From an uncultured Gammaproteobacteria bacterium (GTDB lineage Bacteria; Patescibacteriota; Microgenomatia; Levybacterales; UBA12049): a stretch of 64,000 bases of DNA. Below the pieces are notes generated by a model, which ran no database searches, was not told where the DNA came from, and saw only the letters and a program-made list of their open reading frames with translations. Of the stretch, positions 1 to 10,118 are shown in pieces; position 1 is the first letter of the stretch, and each line of letters starts with the position of its first letter. The stretch spans positions 10,921 to 74,920 of the forward strand of contig CAZZCX010000002.1 in the NCBI GenBank assembly GCA_964653195.1, in the 5' to 3' direction. Both the position numbers and the translations under genes were made by a program.

Positions 1-1474
1 GAAACCATATAATCTTTGGCTTAGTTCTTTCGAACTCCTCCAAAAATGATTCATGTATTTCTTCAGCTGCTCCCATCCCAGGTATAAAAATTTGATAACG
101 TGATGCTGGTTTGGCATGTATATAAAAAAGTTCTTTGAATTCAAATGGACCCATCCAGAAAGTATCGCTTGGTGATGTAATTTTATTAATTATTGGAGCA
201 ATTTCCGGACGATCATAAATAAGTGCAGCGTGACCCATATATTTATCATAAGTACGGTTAAAAAACTTTTGAAAAAGAAACATTGTTGCTGATAAAGAAT
301 AAATACAAGTAATAATTAACAGCATAAAATACAAATACCTATAGGCGTACACGACTAACTTCGTACTAATTTCTTCCCATAATTTTATAATTAAGAAAGG
401 GGCGCTCATAAAAGCTGTAATAATATAAATAGCAGATTGATAATCTGTTTCTTTAGATGTTAATGGGTCACTTCTTGCGTTGGAATAAACTAATAACCCA
501 ATAAAAAATAGAGCGAATAGAAATCTTTTTTTTAGGAAAAGATAGATCGTTAGGCTAAATGTACTAATAGCCATTGCGATATTCATTGGAAAACCTAAAT
601 TCATACTTGGGACCTGTTGAAGCAAAGTATAGTAATTATTATAAAAAGTGTTAGCAATAACGATAGCAAATCGGATAGGATTTATGGCAGTTGAACCTTC
701 TGGACGAGGGTAATTATAAATATAATATAACTGATTAAAAGTAAACCCTTGATATAAATAATCTGTCAATGACGAAGTTATAATTAAATAAATGAAGAAA
801 ATAATATAAGGAGCACCTAGTATAAATAAAATTTTGATAGAATTTTTCGACATAAGCCTAATTGGCTTATTTGTTGATAGGTATAAATATAAAGAATAAC
901 AATAAATTAAGATCGAGAAGAAAATAAAAGTTAATGAATTAAGAATAGATAATGAAGTCAATATCGAAATCATAATTAAATCTCGTAAGCGTAATCTTTG
1001 TTTATAAAATGTAGCTAAGAGCAAAATAGCGATAACAGGAGCAAAAAAATAAGCAGATAAACTGTCAGCTAATAGCATATGTAGCCAGTAATAATTTCCT
1101 GCAAGTGCGGTGATAAAAATAAATACAAGATAGAAGTTAGTTCTTATGTTTCCGAAACGATCCCTTAAATAGAGATAAGATAACAATAAGAAAAGAAAAA
1201 TTAAAAAAGCAAAAAGAATACGAAAGATGACAAAAGAACCATTACTAAAAAGTAAAATGAAAGCCGAAAGAAAATAGGCTACTGGACCATGATGCGTAAA
1301 GTAGTCTTTGTAAAGTAAACTACCCGAAAGTATGTATTTTCCACCTAAAATATTATCAAATTCATCTGGATATGATTCATGTAATGCGTTTATTGAAAGA
1401 ATACAGAAAATGAAAAAGAAGAAAATAATAAGTATTAAATTCCCACGTTTTTTTATAAAATTAGTTAATTGCAT
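1..1474 (-). CDS. Polytopic membrane protein, GT-C-type glycosyltransferase-like. The C-terminal end runs off the window at coordinate 1.
   Basis: The minus-strand frame is open from the ATG at 1474-1472 to the window edge, with an in-frame stop just upstream at 1507-1505. It is absent from the ORF track because there is no stop in the window. Hand translation begins MQLTNFIKKRGNLILIIFFFFIFCILSINALHESYPDEFDNILGG... and continues as very hydrophobic multi-TM sequence. It has the same architecture as the downstream GT-C paralogs in the same operon. Confidence 0.5.
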   Translation of the reverse strand, partial: MQLTNFIKKRGNLILIIFFFFIFCILSINALHESYPDEFDNILGGKYILSGSLLYKDYFTHHGPVAYFLSAFILLFSNGSFVIFRILFAFLIFLFLLLSYLYLRDRFGNIRTNFYLVFIFITALAGNYYWLHMLLADSLSAYFFAPVIAILLLATFYKQRLRLRDLIMISILTSLSILNSLTFIFFSILIYCYSLYLYLSTNKPIRLMSKNSIKILFILGAPYIIFFIYLIITSSLTDYLYQGFTFNQLYYIYNYPRPEGSTAINPIRFAIVIANTFYNNYYTLLQQVPSMNLGFPMNIAMAISTFSLTIYLFLKKRFLFALFFIGLLVYSNARSDPLTSKETDYQSAIYIITAFMSAPFLIIKLWEEISTKLVVYAYRYLYFMLLIITCIYSLSATMFLFQKFFNRTYDKYMGHAALIYDRPEIAPIINKITSPSDTFWMGPFEFKELFYIHAKPASRYQIFIPGMGAAEEIHESFLEEFERTKPKIIWF

Positions 1475-1646
1475 ACTAATTAAACTTGGTTCACAAAAAA
1501 TCTTTTATAAACTAGCTTAAGTGTCAAATTAATGCTTATTTATGATATATAAATAGGGCATATAAGCTAAATATCAAAAACTCATCTATTATAATCTTAT
1601 TATATAATCACCTGCACTCAAGATACAATATAAAAATTAACTTACA

Positions 1647-3263
1647 TTATTTATCAATTCTATAAATAGAAAGTGCTTTATCCCCGTTAGGATGAATAAT
1701 ATCTTTTCTCTTATATTTATATGCATCTGGTACAAATTTATCCGAAATTACCACTGTATTTGGTTTAATTTTATCTTCACATTTACCAAAAAATGCATTA
1801 TCGATGGTGAAACATTCGTTGCGCCTTACGGATGATCCAGTAAAACGCAGGTAATCAGAAGGTTCTTTTTTTGTATAAAAAAGATAAAAAATGTATGGTT
1901 GTTCCAAATCAGATAAAAAAATTATGGGTTTGTCTTTTTCAGATTTAGTATCAAGAACAGCTTCTCTATATCCATACTGCCAATAAGGAGAAAAGTCAGT
2001 ATCTGTATGATTAAAATAATTATGAATATAATAAATGAAATTGGCCGTATACAAAAATAAAATAGAAAAAATCAACCCTAATTTAAAAAATTTTGTTTTA
2101 TTTGATATGGTGGTTATCATCCCATATGCGGTTATTATCTGCCATGTTGGAAGAAAAACCAAGCTACGTGAAGCATTTGGAGCATCAACAGCCAAAGCTG
2201 ATGCTATAGGAGCTGTCAGAAACCAAAAAAACAAGATCCCAACATTACTACTTTTCTTTTTTACTAAATTAACCATGCCTATAATAATAAATGGTAAAGA
2301 TACTAAATAAATTAAGCCATTGTCAGGAGCATGATGCCTGGCATTATCGCCATACATAAAAAGAAAATTAGGCGAAAAATGCATCAAATAGTTTTCTAGA
2401 TATTTTGATAAATAGACAAGCCTTCTATTATGCAACACTTGTCCAATAAAATCTTGATTGAGATTATCGTATCGAATATTTTCAATTGATTCCTTTAGAA
2501 TCATCGTCTGCTGCGAAGTAAACATCACGCTTCTACCTCGTTTAGTTGTTCTAAAATCAGTTAGCCATAATAAATTGCTAAACAAAAAAACAATAATCAG
2601 AATTACCGCAACCTTTCTCCTGCTAAATATATAATTCTTTCCATAAACCAATAATCCAATAAACAAAATTGGTGTGAATATTTTCTGACTATGATATGTG
2701 TAACAACTAATTGAAAAAACAATTATACCGATTATAGAGAGAAGTAGGTTTTTATTTCTGAAAGCGTAAGCGCATAAAAACACTCCTGCGATAGTAAAGA
2801 AAATACCTAAATTTGCTTCAAAAGCGACTCTACTAAACTGAATCGACCAAGGCGAAATTGCAAACAATGCCATAGATAGTAAGGCTAAATTCGCTCTCAA
2901 ATTTTCTTTTCTGAATAATTCGTAAGTGAGTAAAAATACAAAAATAATTGTAATAGAGCCAAAAAAAGCAGATGGAAATCGTACAGCAAAACTATTTAAA
3001 CCATATACTTTTATAGGAATGACAGAGGCATAAACATAGACTGGCTGTTTATAATCTCCGAATGCCTGAAAACTGAGTGGCATAAATTTTCCGTACTCAT
3101 CTTGACCAGTTTTTAAAATTGAATAAGAATTATACCCCCATGAAACTTCATCCCAATTAAGCGAATTTGGTATTGAACCAAGCATGTAGAATCGCAAGAA
3201 TACTCCAGATATAAAAATTATTAAAAATATCACTAACTGTTTTCTTGAAAATCTATTCCTCAT
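1647..3263 (-). CDS. PMT_2/ArnT-like (GT39/GT83 family) polyprenyl-phosphate-sugar-dependent membrane glycosyltransferase, paralog 1
   Basis: N-terminal motif block ...IPNSLNWDEVSWGYNSYSILKTGQDEYG...FGDYKQPVYVY...GLNSFAVRFPSAFFGSITIIF...SPWSIQFSRVAFEANL matches the conserved loop-1 region of PMT_2-type GT-C transferases. The rest is multi-TM. It overlaps the next gene by 11 nt. Confidence 0.75.
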   Translation of the reverse strand: MRNRFSRKQLVIFLIIFISGVFLRFYMLGSIPNSLNWDEVSWGYNSYSILKTGQDEYGKFMPLSFQAFGDYKQPVYVYASVIPIKVYGLNSFAVRFPSAFFGSITIIFVFLLTYELFRKENLRANLALLSMALFAISPWSIQFSRVAFEANLGIFFTIAGVFLCAYAFRNKNLLLSIIGIIVFSISCYTYHSQKIFTPILFIGLLVYGKNYIFSRRKVAVILIIVFLFSNLLWLTDFRTTKRGRSVMFTSQQTMILKESIENIRYDNLNQDFIGQVLHNRRLVYLSKYLENYLMHFSPNFLFMYGDNARHHAPDNGLIYLVSLPFIIIGMVNLVKKKSSNVGILFFWFLTAPIASALAVDAPNASRSLVFLPTWQIITAYGMITTISNKTKFFKLGLIFSILFLYTANFIYYIHNYFNHTDTDFSPYWQYGYREAVLDTKSEKDKPIIFLSDLEQPYIFYLFYTKKEPSDYLRFTGSSVRRNECFTIDNAFFGKCEDKIKPNTVVISDKFVPDAYKYKRKDIIHPNGDKALSIYRIDK

Positions 3264-4875
3264 AAATGATAAATGCTGTTTTACCGTCCAGGAAATCCAC
3301 TTTGTCCAATATTTTTCCCCATGAAGGCAGCTTATCGGGAGTAGTAACCACTAATACCTTCTTGTTCGAATTGCTTAATGGCTCTGAAAAAATATACTTA
3401 TCAATACTTGTGACGTTATAGAATCCTTGGGTATCTTTTACGATTCTCACTTCCTTCCAGAAATCATTTGGTGTGTAATTACCATACCATGCTGCATAAA
3501 TATATGGTCTTCCGTATGTTGTAGTGAAATAAATTACATCATATTTATATTTAAGCAATTCAACTTTCTCAATAACTTGTTTGTAACCATACTGCCAGTC
3601 ATTCGAAAATCGTTTCGGGTTATGAGTAAAATAATTATGAAAAAAATTAAAAACAGAAAATGAAACGATAATCCCGCATATAAAAAAAATAATAAATCTA
3701 ATTTTAGTTGAATATCTTTGAAGTGTGGTATATATAACAGAAAATCCAACCGCAGCAATTATTTCGTATGTAGGTATAAACGTACTACTTCTCAATGCGT
3801 GCGGTGTTTCCCGAGCTGTAGCAGCAGCAATTGGAGCTAAGATGAACCATCCAAGAATTAGTAATGTAGATTTATTTGCGTGTGCAAGTAAAGAATAAAC
3901 TCCTACAGTCAGTATGGGAATCATCCAAAGATACAACTGACCGTTAGCTCTGTGCGAAAATCGGGGGTTAATATCACCTTTTATAAAAAGGTAGGTTGGT
4001 TCAAAAAAATCGAAATAATTTATAAGATATTCTCTCATGAATTGTATTCTTCTGTTGTGTATTATGCGTGAAAAAGTAGAATTTTTATCTTGCTCCATTA
4101 ACACATTTGATCGTTTGATAGTATCAATGTTAGTAAAAATATTAACTTCATTAAAACGTAATTTACTCTCAGGTGATCTAAGATATAAAATAATTGGAAA
4201 TAGAAGTATAATACTTAAGGTAATTAACGCTAAAACCAATCTTCTGTTAAACGCAATTTGTCTAAAATATATGCTAAAAATAAGAAAAATTAATAATGGT
4301 ATAAAAACACGATGCGCATTAAAAGCATAAAAACCGATAATAAATGAAATAATACTGAAAATTAAAATCCATTTTTGCTTTCTTAATGATAATAGGAATA
4401 AAGTTATCCCCAATATTGTAAAAAAAGTTGCTAAGTTCCCTTCATAAGCTACTCTTGATAACTGAATATGCCAAGGCGAAATAGCCAAAAAGAAAGCAGC
4501 TGCTAAAGATATTTGATTTTTATTTCTATTATTGAAGAATAATTCTTTTACTAAAAAATAACATACTAACACAGTTAATGTTCCGAAAAGCGCGGAAGGA
4601 AATCTAACTGCTAAATTCGTTTTCCCTAGTAAAGCTATAAAGGGTACATCTAAATAAATATAAACTGGTGCTTTATAATCGCCAAAAGCCTTAAACCTAG
4701 CTATAGGCATTAACTCTTTATGTTCATCGTATCCTGTTTTTAAAATCGAGTAAGAATTAAAAGCCTGGGACACCTCATCCCAGTATAAGCTTGGAGGGAT
4801 CGATTCTATACGCATGAAACGGAAAAGACCGGCCATGACAACTATTACAATTATCAAATATTTTCTTAAATTCAT
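3253..4875 (-). CDS. PMT_2/ArnT-like membrane glycosyltransferase, paralog 2
   Basis: Same motif block (SLYWDEVSQAFNSYSILKTGYDEH...FGDYKAPVYIY...NLAVRFPSALFGTLTVLV...SPWHIQLSRVAYEGNL). Multi-TM with a soluble C-terminal domain. Confidence 0.75.
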   Translation of the reverse strand: MNLRKYLIIVIVVMAGLFRFMRIESIPPSLYWDEVSQAFNSYSILKTGYDEHKELMPIARFKAFGDYKAPVYIYLDVPFIALLGKTNLAVRFPSALFGTLTVLVCYFLVKELFFNNRNKNQISLAAAFFLAISPWHIQLSRVAYEGNLATFFTILGITLFLLSLRKQKWILIFSIISFIIGFYAFNAHRVFIPLLIFLIFSIYFRQIAFNRRLVLALITLSIILLFPIILYLRSPESKLRFNEVNIFTNIDTIKRSNVLMEQDKNSTFSRIIHNRRIQFMREYLINYFDFFEPTYLFIKGDINPRFSHRANGQLYLWMIPILTVGVYSLLAHANKSTLLILGWFILAPIAAATARETPHALRSSTFIPTYEIIAAVGFSVIYTTLQRYSTKIRFIIFFICGIIVSFSVFNFFHNYFTHNPKRFSNDWQYGYKQVIEKVELLKYKYDVIYFTTTYGRPYIYAAWYGNYTPNDFWKEVRIVKDTQGFYNVTSIDKYIFSEPLSNSNKKVLVVTTPDKLPSWGKILDKVDFLDGKTAFIIYEE

Positions 4876-6569
4876 AATAATTTTCCAATATTATATATCG
4901 TAACATTATTATTATTTCTAATTTCTTTTATTTTATGAAAGTTATACTGTAATTCATTCTGTTCTTTTGGTGTTACAATTAATAAGGATTTTGAATTATT
5001 ATTTATGTTTTTTAAATCAAGTTCTAAAAGGGTTTTACGTTTTTTATCTTTATCCCATGACGTCCCGCCAAAAACGTATTTATCAAACGAAATACTTGAT
5101 CCGTTTTTTTGATAGTCCACTGGACTAAACTTATTATAATAAAGAAAATAAATATAAGGTTCCCAATTTGCTCCGGTTACTAAAAATAAGTCGTAATCCG
5201 AATAATCATTACCAACTTCCGTAACGAGTTGTTTATAACCATCTCCCCACTCAGAACCTGCATTTATCATATGATGCTTGTATTTGTTGCTAAAAATATA
5301 AAGGGAAAAAATTATTATCATAATGACAAATACTGATAAAACAATTCTTTGCTTTCTGGATACGATTGATAAAAGATAAATAATACCAAGGCTAAAAAAT
5401 ATTTGAGGTACAGGTAGAATATTCAATGATCTTAAGGCATGTGGAGCAGGTTGAGTTAAAGATGCAGGTATAGGGGCACTAAATAACCAGAATAATATAA
5501 ACCAGAAAAAGCGTTTGTCTTTAAAATTACGATAGGAAATAATTATTCCTATTACTATAATAGGCAATTCCCAGGCATACATCATACCCATACCCCTGAT
5601 ACTATGTCTTCCATTACCATCACCATCGATAAAAAGGAATGAAGGACTGAAATGAGAAATATAATTGCTAAAAGCAATATAGCTAAAAGTAATTCTTCTA
5701 TTATATTTAAGTCGAGCCCAAAAAGTATTTCCCTCTTTGGCTTGCTTGATACTATTTTCATAAAGCAATTGATTTGAATTTTCGAAAATACTCACCTGCG
5801 ATACACGGTTATCACCAAAACCTGAAAATAAAGTAATTATTAGCGGAGAAAGAAATATTGCTAAAATAGTAAAGAAAAAGATTAAATGTTTTAGATATAT
5901 TTTCCTAAAGTACTGATTGAAAATCATAATACTGAAACTTATTAAAATAGGTAAAAAAACTAATATACTTCGATAACTGTAAAACGCGCAAACAAATGGA
6001 ATTATACTGATGTATAAATATTTTTTATTTTGCATTCCCGATATAAAAAAATAGAGACCCACAACGACAAAAAATAAAGCCAGATTTGCTTCAAATGCTC
6101 CTCTTGAAAAATTTATATGCCAGGGTGAAACAGCTAGCATTAAACCACTAAAATAACTTATTGAGACTATATGCTCGCTATTTTTATAATTTCCAAACTC
6201 TAATATTTTTTTTGTCAAAAAGACTGTAAAAACGACAGTCAAAGTCCCAGCTAAGGCTGATATAAATCTTGTAGAGAATTCATTTAGTCCGAAAAATTTT
6301 ATTACTATTGTGGAAAGATAAATATATAGAGGCATTTTAAAATCATCAAAAGAGCGAAATACTAATGGAAAACTCGACCCGTATTCATCTTTTCCCGTCA
6401 TTAAAATACTATATGCATTATAGCCTTGTGCAACCTCATCCCAATATAATGAAACAGGAAGAATATTCAGCGAATAAAAGCGAACGAATGCAGCAAGTAT
6501 AATTATCAATAAAAAAACAACAATTCTCTCAATCCTCAAAACATTAAATTTATGAAAATAGTTAAACAT
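4872..6569 (-). CDS. PMT_2/ArnT-like membrane glycosyltransferase, paralog 3
   Basis: VSLYWDEVAQGYNAYSILMTGKDEYG...FDDFKMPLYIY...GLNEFSTRFISALAGTLTVVF...SPWHINFSRGAFEANL. There is a 4-nt overlap with the upstream gene. Confidence 0.75.
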   Translation of the reverse strand: MFNYFHKFNVLRIERIVVFLLIIILAAFVRFYSLNILPVSLYWDEVAQGYNAYSILMTGKDEYGSSFPLVFRSFDDFKMPLYIYLSTIVIKFFGLNEFSTRFISALAGTLTVVFTVFLTKKILEFGNYKNSEHIVSISYFSGLMLAVSPWHINFSRGAFEANLALFFVVVGLYFFISGMQNKKYLYISIIPFVCAFYSYRSILVFLPILISFSIMIFNQYFRKIYLKHLIFFFTILAIFLSPLIITLFSGFGDNRVSQVSIFENSNQLLYENSIKQAKEGNTFWARLKYNRRITFSYIAFSNYISHFSPSFLFIDGDGNGRHSIRGMGMMYAWELPIIVIGIIISYRNFKDKRFFWFILFWLFSAPIPASLTQPAPHALRSLNILPVPQIFFSLGIIYLLSIVSRKQRIVLSVFVIMIIIFSLYIFSNKYKHHMINAGSEWGDGYKQLVTEVGNDYSDYDLFLVTGANWEPYIYFLYYNKFSPVDYQKNGSSISFDKYVFGGTSWDKDKKRKTLLELDLKNINNNSKSLLIVTPKEQNELQYNFHKIKEIRNNNNVTIYNIGKLL

Positions 6570-6583
6570 ATTTATATCGATTT

Positions 6584-8521
6584 CTATATTATTTTCAATA
6601 TAGTCGCAGCACTATTTCTAAAAACTACTTTCAAGTTTCGGTTTTCTAAAATATTTAAGGGTGCACTTCCGTAATAATATAAATATCTGACTTTATCATT
6701 TCTTAATTCATCTATGACTTCATTAAGCATACCGGATGTTATGCTATTTATTATATTTAACCTTCTATTTATTTCTGTTGTAGCTTTTTGCCTGACTCCT
6801 TTTCCTGATAGATAAAACTGCTTACCGGTAATCATCTTTGTTTTTGAAGAATAAGAAAGATACTCAGTATCACTCATAACAAGTATCACATCCTCATCTA
6901 AAACGTTATTTTTAATGTAGCTATAAGACTCAAGCTCATTCGTTCTTACACCGCGAAAATCAGTAAATACCTCATTTTTTGTATTTACTTTAACTGTATA
7001 AATCCATCTAGGTAATACAAGTATTAAAACCAAAGAAATACAAATAAAAGTTAAGAACTTATTTTTATTCTCAATAAGAATAGTTAAATTTAGTGCGGCT
7101 AAAAAACAAAGGACTATTATAACGGGAAGTAAAAATTCCCAAATATTTGCACCACCCACTTTTTGATAAAAAAATAGTGCTAAAATTATTCCCGTTCCTA
7201 CCACTGAATATAAAAAAATAGTTATTTCGGCTTTCAGCAAAAATAATGATTTTTTTATAGGTATCAAACCTATAAATAATACTCCAAGTTGGGTTACTAG
7301 GTAAATTAATGACATGTAAATACCATACTGTAATAAACGTATATAATTATTGTGATCATAAAAAATATGCCATCGAAGCTCCCAATCAAACAATCCGAAT
7401 TCTTTTTGTGCTATGAAACTGCGTGGTAGTTCAAATGGTAATAAAAAAATTCCAGCACTAGATGAAGTAGATGAAAAAAATATTAAACCTCCAAACAGTG
7501 ATGTAATAATAAATAATAGACCATATAAAAATTTCTTTTTTATCATATAGTAAGCACACAATGAAGCTAAACCCGTAATAAATGTAATTCCGGTATATAC
7601 TTTAAATTCAAGTAAACTTATAAACATCAAAGAGATAATGATTGTTAACTTTAGATTTAACTTATCTTTGTAGAGAATAATCAAATATAAAGCTACAAGA
7701 CCGATAATTATAGAGAAGGCAAAAGCTGGGCTGTCATTAAATCTTGTAGCATCATTGGCAAGTGAAAGGATCGTAAATATAAATTTCCTTTGCAAAATAT
7801 AAGTTATAAGATGGGAAATATCACCGATAAAAAAGAGAAAAAAAAGTGATAAATTTATAAAAAGTCTTTTATTATAAATTTCCTTTGCAATTAAATAACC
7901 TATGCCTGCTAATAAAAAACTAGACAAACTATACAATCCGATAAACTGAGTTTGGAAAAAGGGTAATCTGAAAATTCTAACCAGTTCTGCAGCAACAAGA
8001 TTATACCAGTAGTGATAGTCTTTAAGCTCGATATTTGAAATTGCTGGTTCATTGGGCGGAAAACGTGTTACTAACTCCCTCACTAAGCTAGCATGCCAAA
8101 TATGATCTACGTTATTTAAGGCATTGAATCTTAAACCTTCTGTGGTAGTAATTCCCATGAAAAAATATGGAAAAGTCTGAGCAAAAATTCCTAAAATTAT
8201 AATTAGTACTGTGATGGCATCTATTTTTTTATAACTAAAATCAAGTCGTATTTCGTTTATGTATTTGTTCTTGATATATATAAGAAGACAAAAGCCAAGA
8301 TATAAATAAGTAAACCACCTTATATTAAGTGTTCCAAATACAAAGCCTTGCCATGCCCAGAATGATATGCCTATAATTATTGAAACTATCTGTAGCGACA
8401 AACCTTTTAGGATTATATTTTTTCCCAGTATAACTCTTCCCGGTATATAAAATGCGGGTATAAATGACAAGAAAACAAATAGGATATTAATAAATAATAT
8501 AAATAAATCCGAGATTGACAT
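6584..8521 (-). CDS. Large polytopic membrane protein with a soluble C-terminal domain. Possible GT-C-like transferase or polymerase; family not recognised.
   Basis: 645 aa with at least 10 predicted hydrophobic segments. It has a conserved-looking loop DHIWHASLVRELVTRFPPNEPAISNIELKDYHYWYN and sits in an operon between GT-C and GT2 genes. Confidence 0.4.
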   Translation of the reverse strand: MSISDLFILFINILFVFLSFIPAFYIPGRVILGKNIILKGLSLQIVSIIIGISFWAWQGFVFGTLNIRWFTYLYLGFCLLIYIKNKYINEIRLDFSYKKIDAITVLIIILGIFAQTFPYFFMGITTTEGLRFNALNNVDHIWHASLVRELVTRFPPNEPAISNIELKDYHYWYNLVAAELVRIFRLPFFQTQFIGLYSLSSFLLAGIGYLIAKEIYNKRLFINLSLFFLFFIGDISHLITYILQRKFIFTILSLANDATRFNDSPAFAFSIIIGLVALYLIILYKDKLNLKLTIIISLMFISLLEFKVYTGITFITGLASLCAYYMIKKKFLYGLLFIITSLFGGLIFFSSTSSSAGIFLLPFELPRSFIAQKEFGLFDWELRWHIFYDHNNYIRLLQYGIYMSLIYLVTQLGVLFIGLIPIKKSLFLLKAEITIFLYSVVGTGIILALFFYQKVGGANIWEFLLPVIIVLCFLAALNLTILIENKNKFLTFICISLVLILVLPRWIYTVKVNTKNEVFTDFRGVRTNELESYSYIKNNVLDEDVILVMSDTEYLSYSSKTKMITGKQFYLSGKGVRQKATTEINRRLNIINSITSGMLNEVIDELRNDKVRYLYYYGSAPLNILENRNLKVVFRNSAATILKII

Positions 8522-8602
8522 AAATTAATTCCAGGCTAGAGATTTGTTCATTCACTTTTGATAATTTATTCTTATATTAAATCTATAAATCATGTTTCTT
8601 GG

Positions 8603-9340
8603 CTAATTAAAAATATTTGCTCTATAAATATGCAATTTAAACATTACAAATTGTAATAGAGTCCAAAGAGTCTGAAGTAAAAATTTAGCTCCTTTCAAAT
8701 AGCCAATCGAAGAAGATTGAGAAAAATATCTTACAGGCACAGGGTATTCGGCTATCGAATAACCTTTTGCAATTGCCGATATCATAAGCTGTTGATCAAA
8801 AACAAAGTCATTTGAGAAATTTTCTAATGGTAAGGATTTCAAAACTTTAACTGAATACGCACGAAAACCGCTAAAATGCTCAGTAAAATTAACTCCAAGT
8901 ACGATATTTTCGATTAGTGCCATAAATCTATTCAAAAAATATTTTGTATATGGCATCCCACCCTCTAATGCTTCTTTTCTCGTTCTTATCCGGCTTCCAA
9001 ACATGATATCAAACCTACCTGACATGATAGGGCTTATCAATTCGCCAATAAGCGTACTATCATACTGGTAATCTGGGTGAATCATAATAATTACATTAGC
9101 ACCACGCTTCAAAGCTTCTCTATAGCATGTTTTTTGATTTCCACCATAACCAGTATTGTGAGTATGTTTAATGGTTCTAATCCCTAACTTCCTAGCTATA
9201 CTTACTGTTTGATCTGTACTATTATCGTCTACCAATATTATTTCGTCTGCAAAATCTTCAGGAATATCTCTATATGTCGCTTCCAAAGTCTTTTCTGCAT
9301 TATAAGCGGGCATAACAACTATTACTTTCTCTTTTTTCAT
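8603..9340 (-). CDS. GT2 family glycosyltransferase, DPM1/ArnC/GtrB-like polyprenyl-phosphate sugar synthase
   Basis: VIVVMPAYNAEKTLE...ILVDDNSTDQT is a GT2 N-terminal signature with a DxD-like motif. Its size (245 aa) and position next to GT-C transferases fit a lipid-carrier sugar donor synthase. Confidence 0.75.
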   Translation of the reverse strand: MKKEKVIVVMPAYNAEKTLEATYRDIPEDFADEIILVDDNSTDQTVSIARKLGIRTIKHTHNTGYGGNQKTCYREALKRGANVIIMIHPDYQYDSTLIGELISPIMSGRFDIMFGSRIRTRKEALEGGMPYTKYFLNRFMALIENIVLGVNFTEHFSGFRAYSVKVLKSLPLENFSNDFVFDQQLMISAIAKGYSIAEYPVPVRYFSQSSSIGYLKGAKFLLQTLWTLLQFVMFKLHIYRANIFN

Positions 9341-9407
9341 TATTTTCTAAGAATAATTATTGACTAAAGGTTGCAAATTTAAGCAGATAAAGTAATTATT
9401 TATATCT

Positions 9408-10118
9408 TTAAATAAATCGATATTTAATTAGTGCCCATAAAGCACGAAACCCATCTTTTACAGTATTAAGTTTTTTACCTTCTTTATATCCCCTAGGATT
9501 TGTGGATATTGATACTTCATAAATTCTATACCTTTTCTTCAACAATTTTGCAGTAATTTCTGGCTCCATTTCAAATCCAGTAGAATTTAATTTAAGCGTT
9601 TTCATAACTTTAGTTGGTATCAGCTTATATCCTGTTTCCATATCAGTAATCCATTGACCATAGAAAACACTGGTTATAATACTTAGCATCTTATTACCAA
9701 TATAATGAATAAAAAATCTTATAGTTCTTTCATCTCTTTTGAAATTCGGTAATCTTTTTAAGCGAGTACCATAAACTACTTCTGTTTTCTTCTCAATAAT
9801 TGGCGTAAGTAGGGAAGCGATATCTGCAGGATCATACTCCAGGTCAGCATCTTGAATTATTGTATAGTCACCAGTCGCATGATTTAATCCTGACCTAATC
9901 GCAGCTCCTTTACCCTGATTTCTATCATGCTTAATTAGAATAATCTTCCCCTCTTTATGCAGCTTTTCAATTAACTTACTTGTTCGATCTGTGGATCCAT
10001 CATCGATTACTATTATTTCTTTCTCTACATCAAGTATAGATATATCGTTAACTTTCTTTAGTAACCGCTCAATAGTTTTCTCCTCATTATAGACTGGTAT
10101 TAATATAGATAATTTCAT
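9408..10118 (-). CDS. GT2 family glycosyltransferase, DPM1/GtrB/CsbB-like
   Basis: MKLSILIPVYNEEKTIERLL...IIVIDDGSTDRT...IIQDADLEYDP is the classic Dpm1-like motif order. The stop overlaps the start of the upstream gene by 4 nt. Confidence 0.75.
   Translation of the reverse strand: MKLSILIPVYNEEKTIERLLKKVNDISILDVEKEIIVIDDGSTDRTSKLIEKLHKEGKIILIKHDRNQGKGAAIRSGLNHATGDYTIIQDADLEYDPADIASLLTPIIEKKTEVVYGTRLKRLPNFKRDERTIRFFIHYIGNKMLSIITSVFYGQWITDMETGYKLIPTKVMKTLKLNSTGFEMEPEITAKLLKKRYRIYEVSISTNPRGYKEGKKLNTVKDGFRALWALIKYRFI

Noticed and set aside
1332-1520. 62-aa plus-strand ORF at the 5' end of the first gene
   Set aside because: It overlaps the start region of the clearly coding minus-strand membrane-protein gene (1..1474). 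It is Lys/Ile-rich low complexity typical of antisense reading through AT-rich coding DNA.
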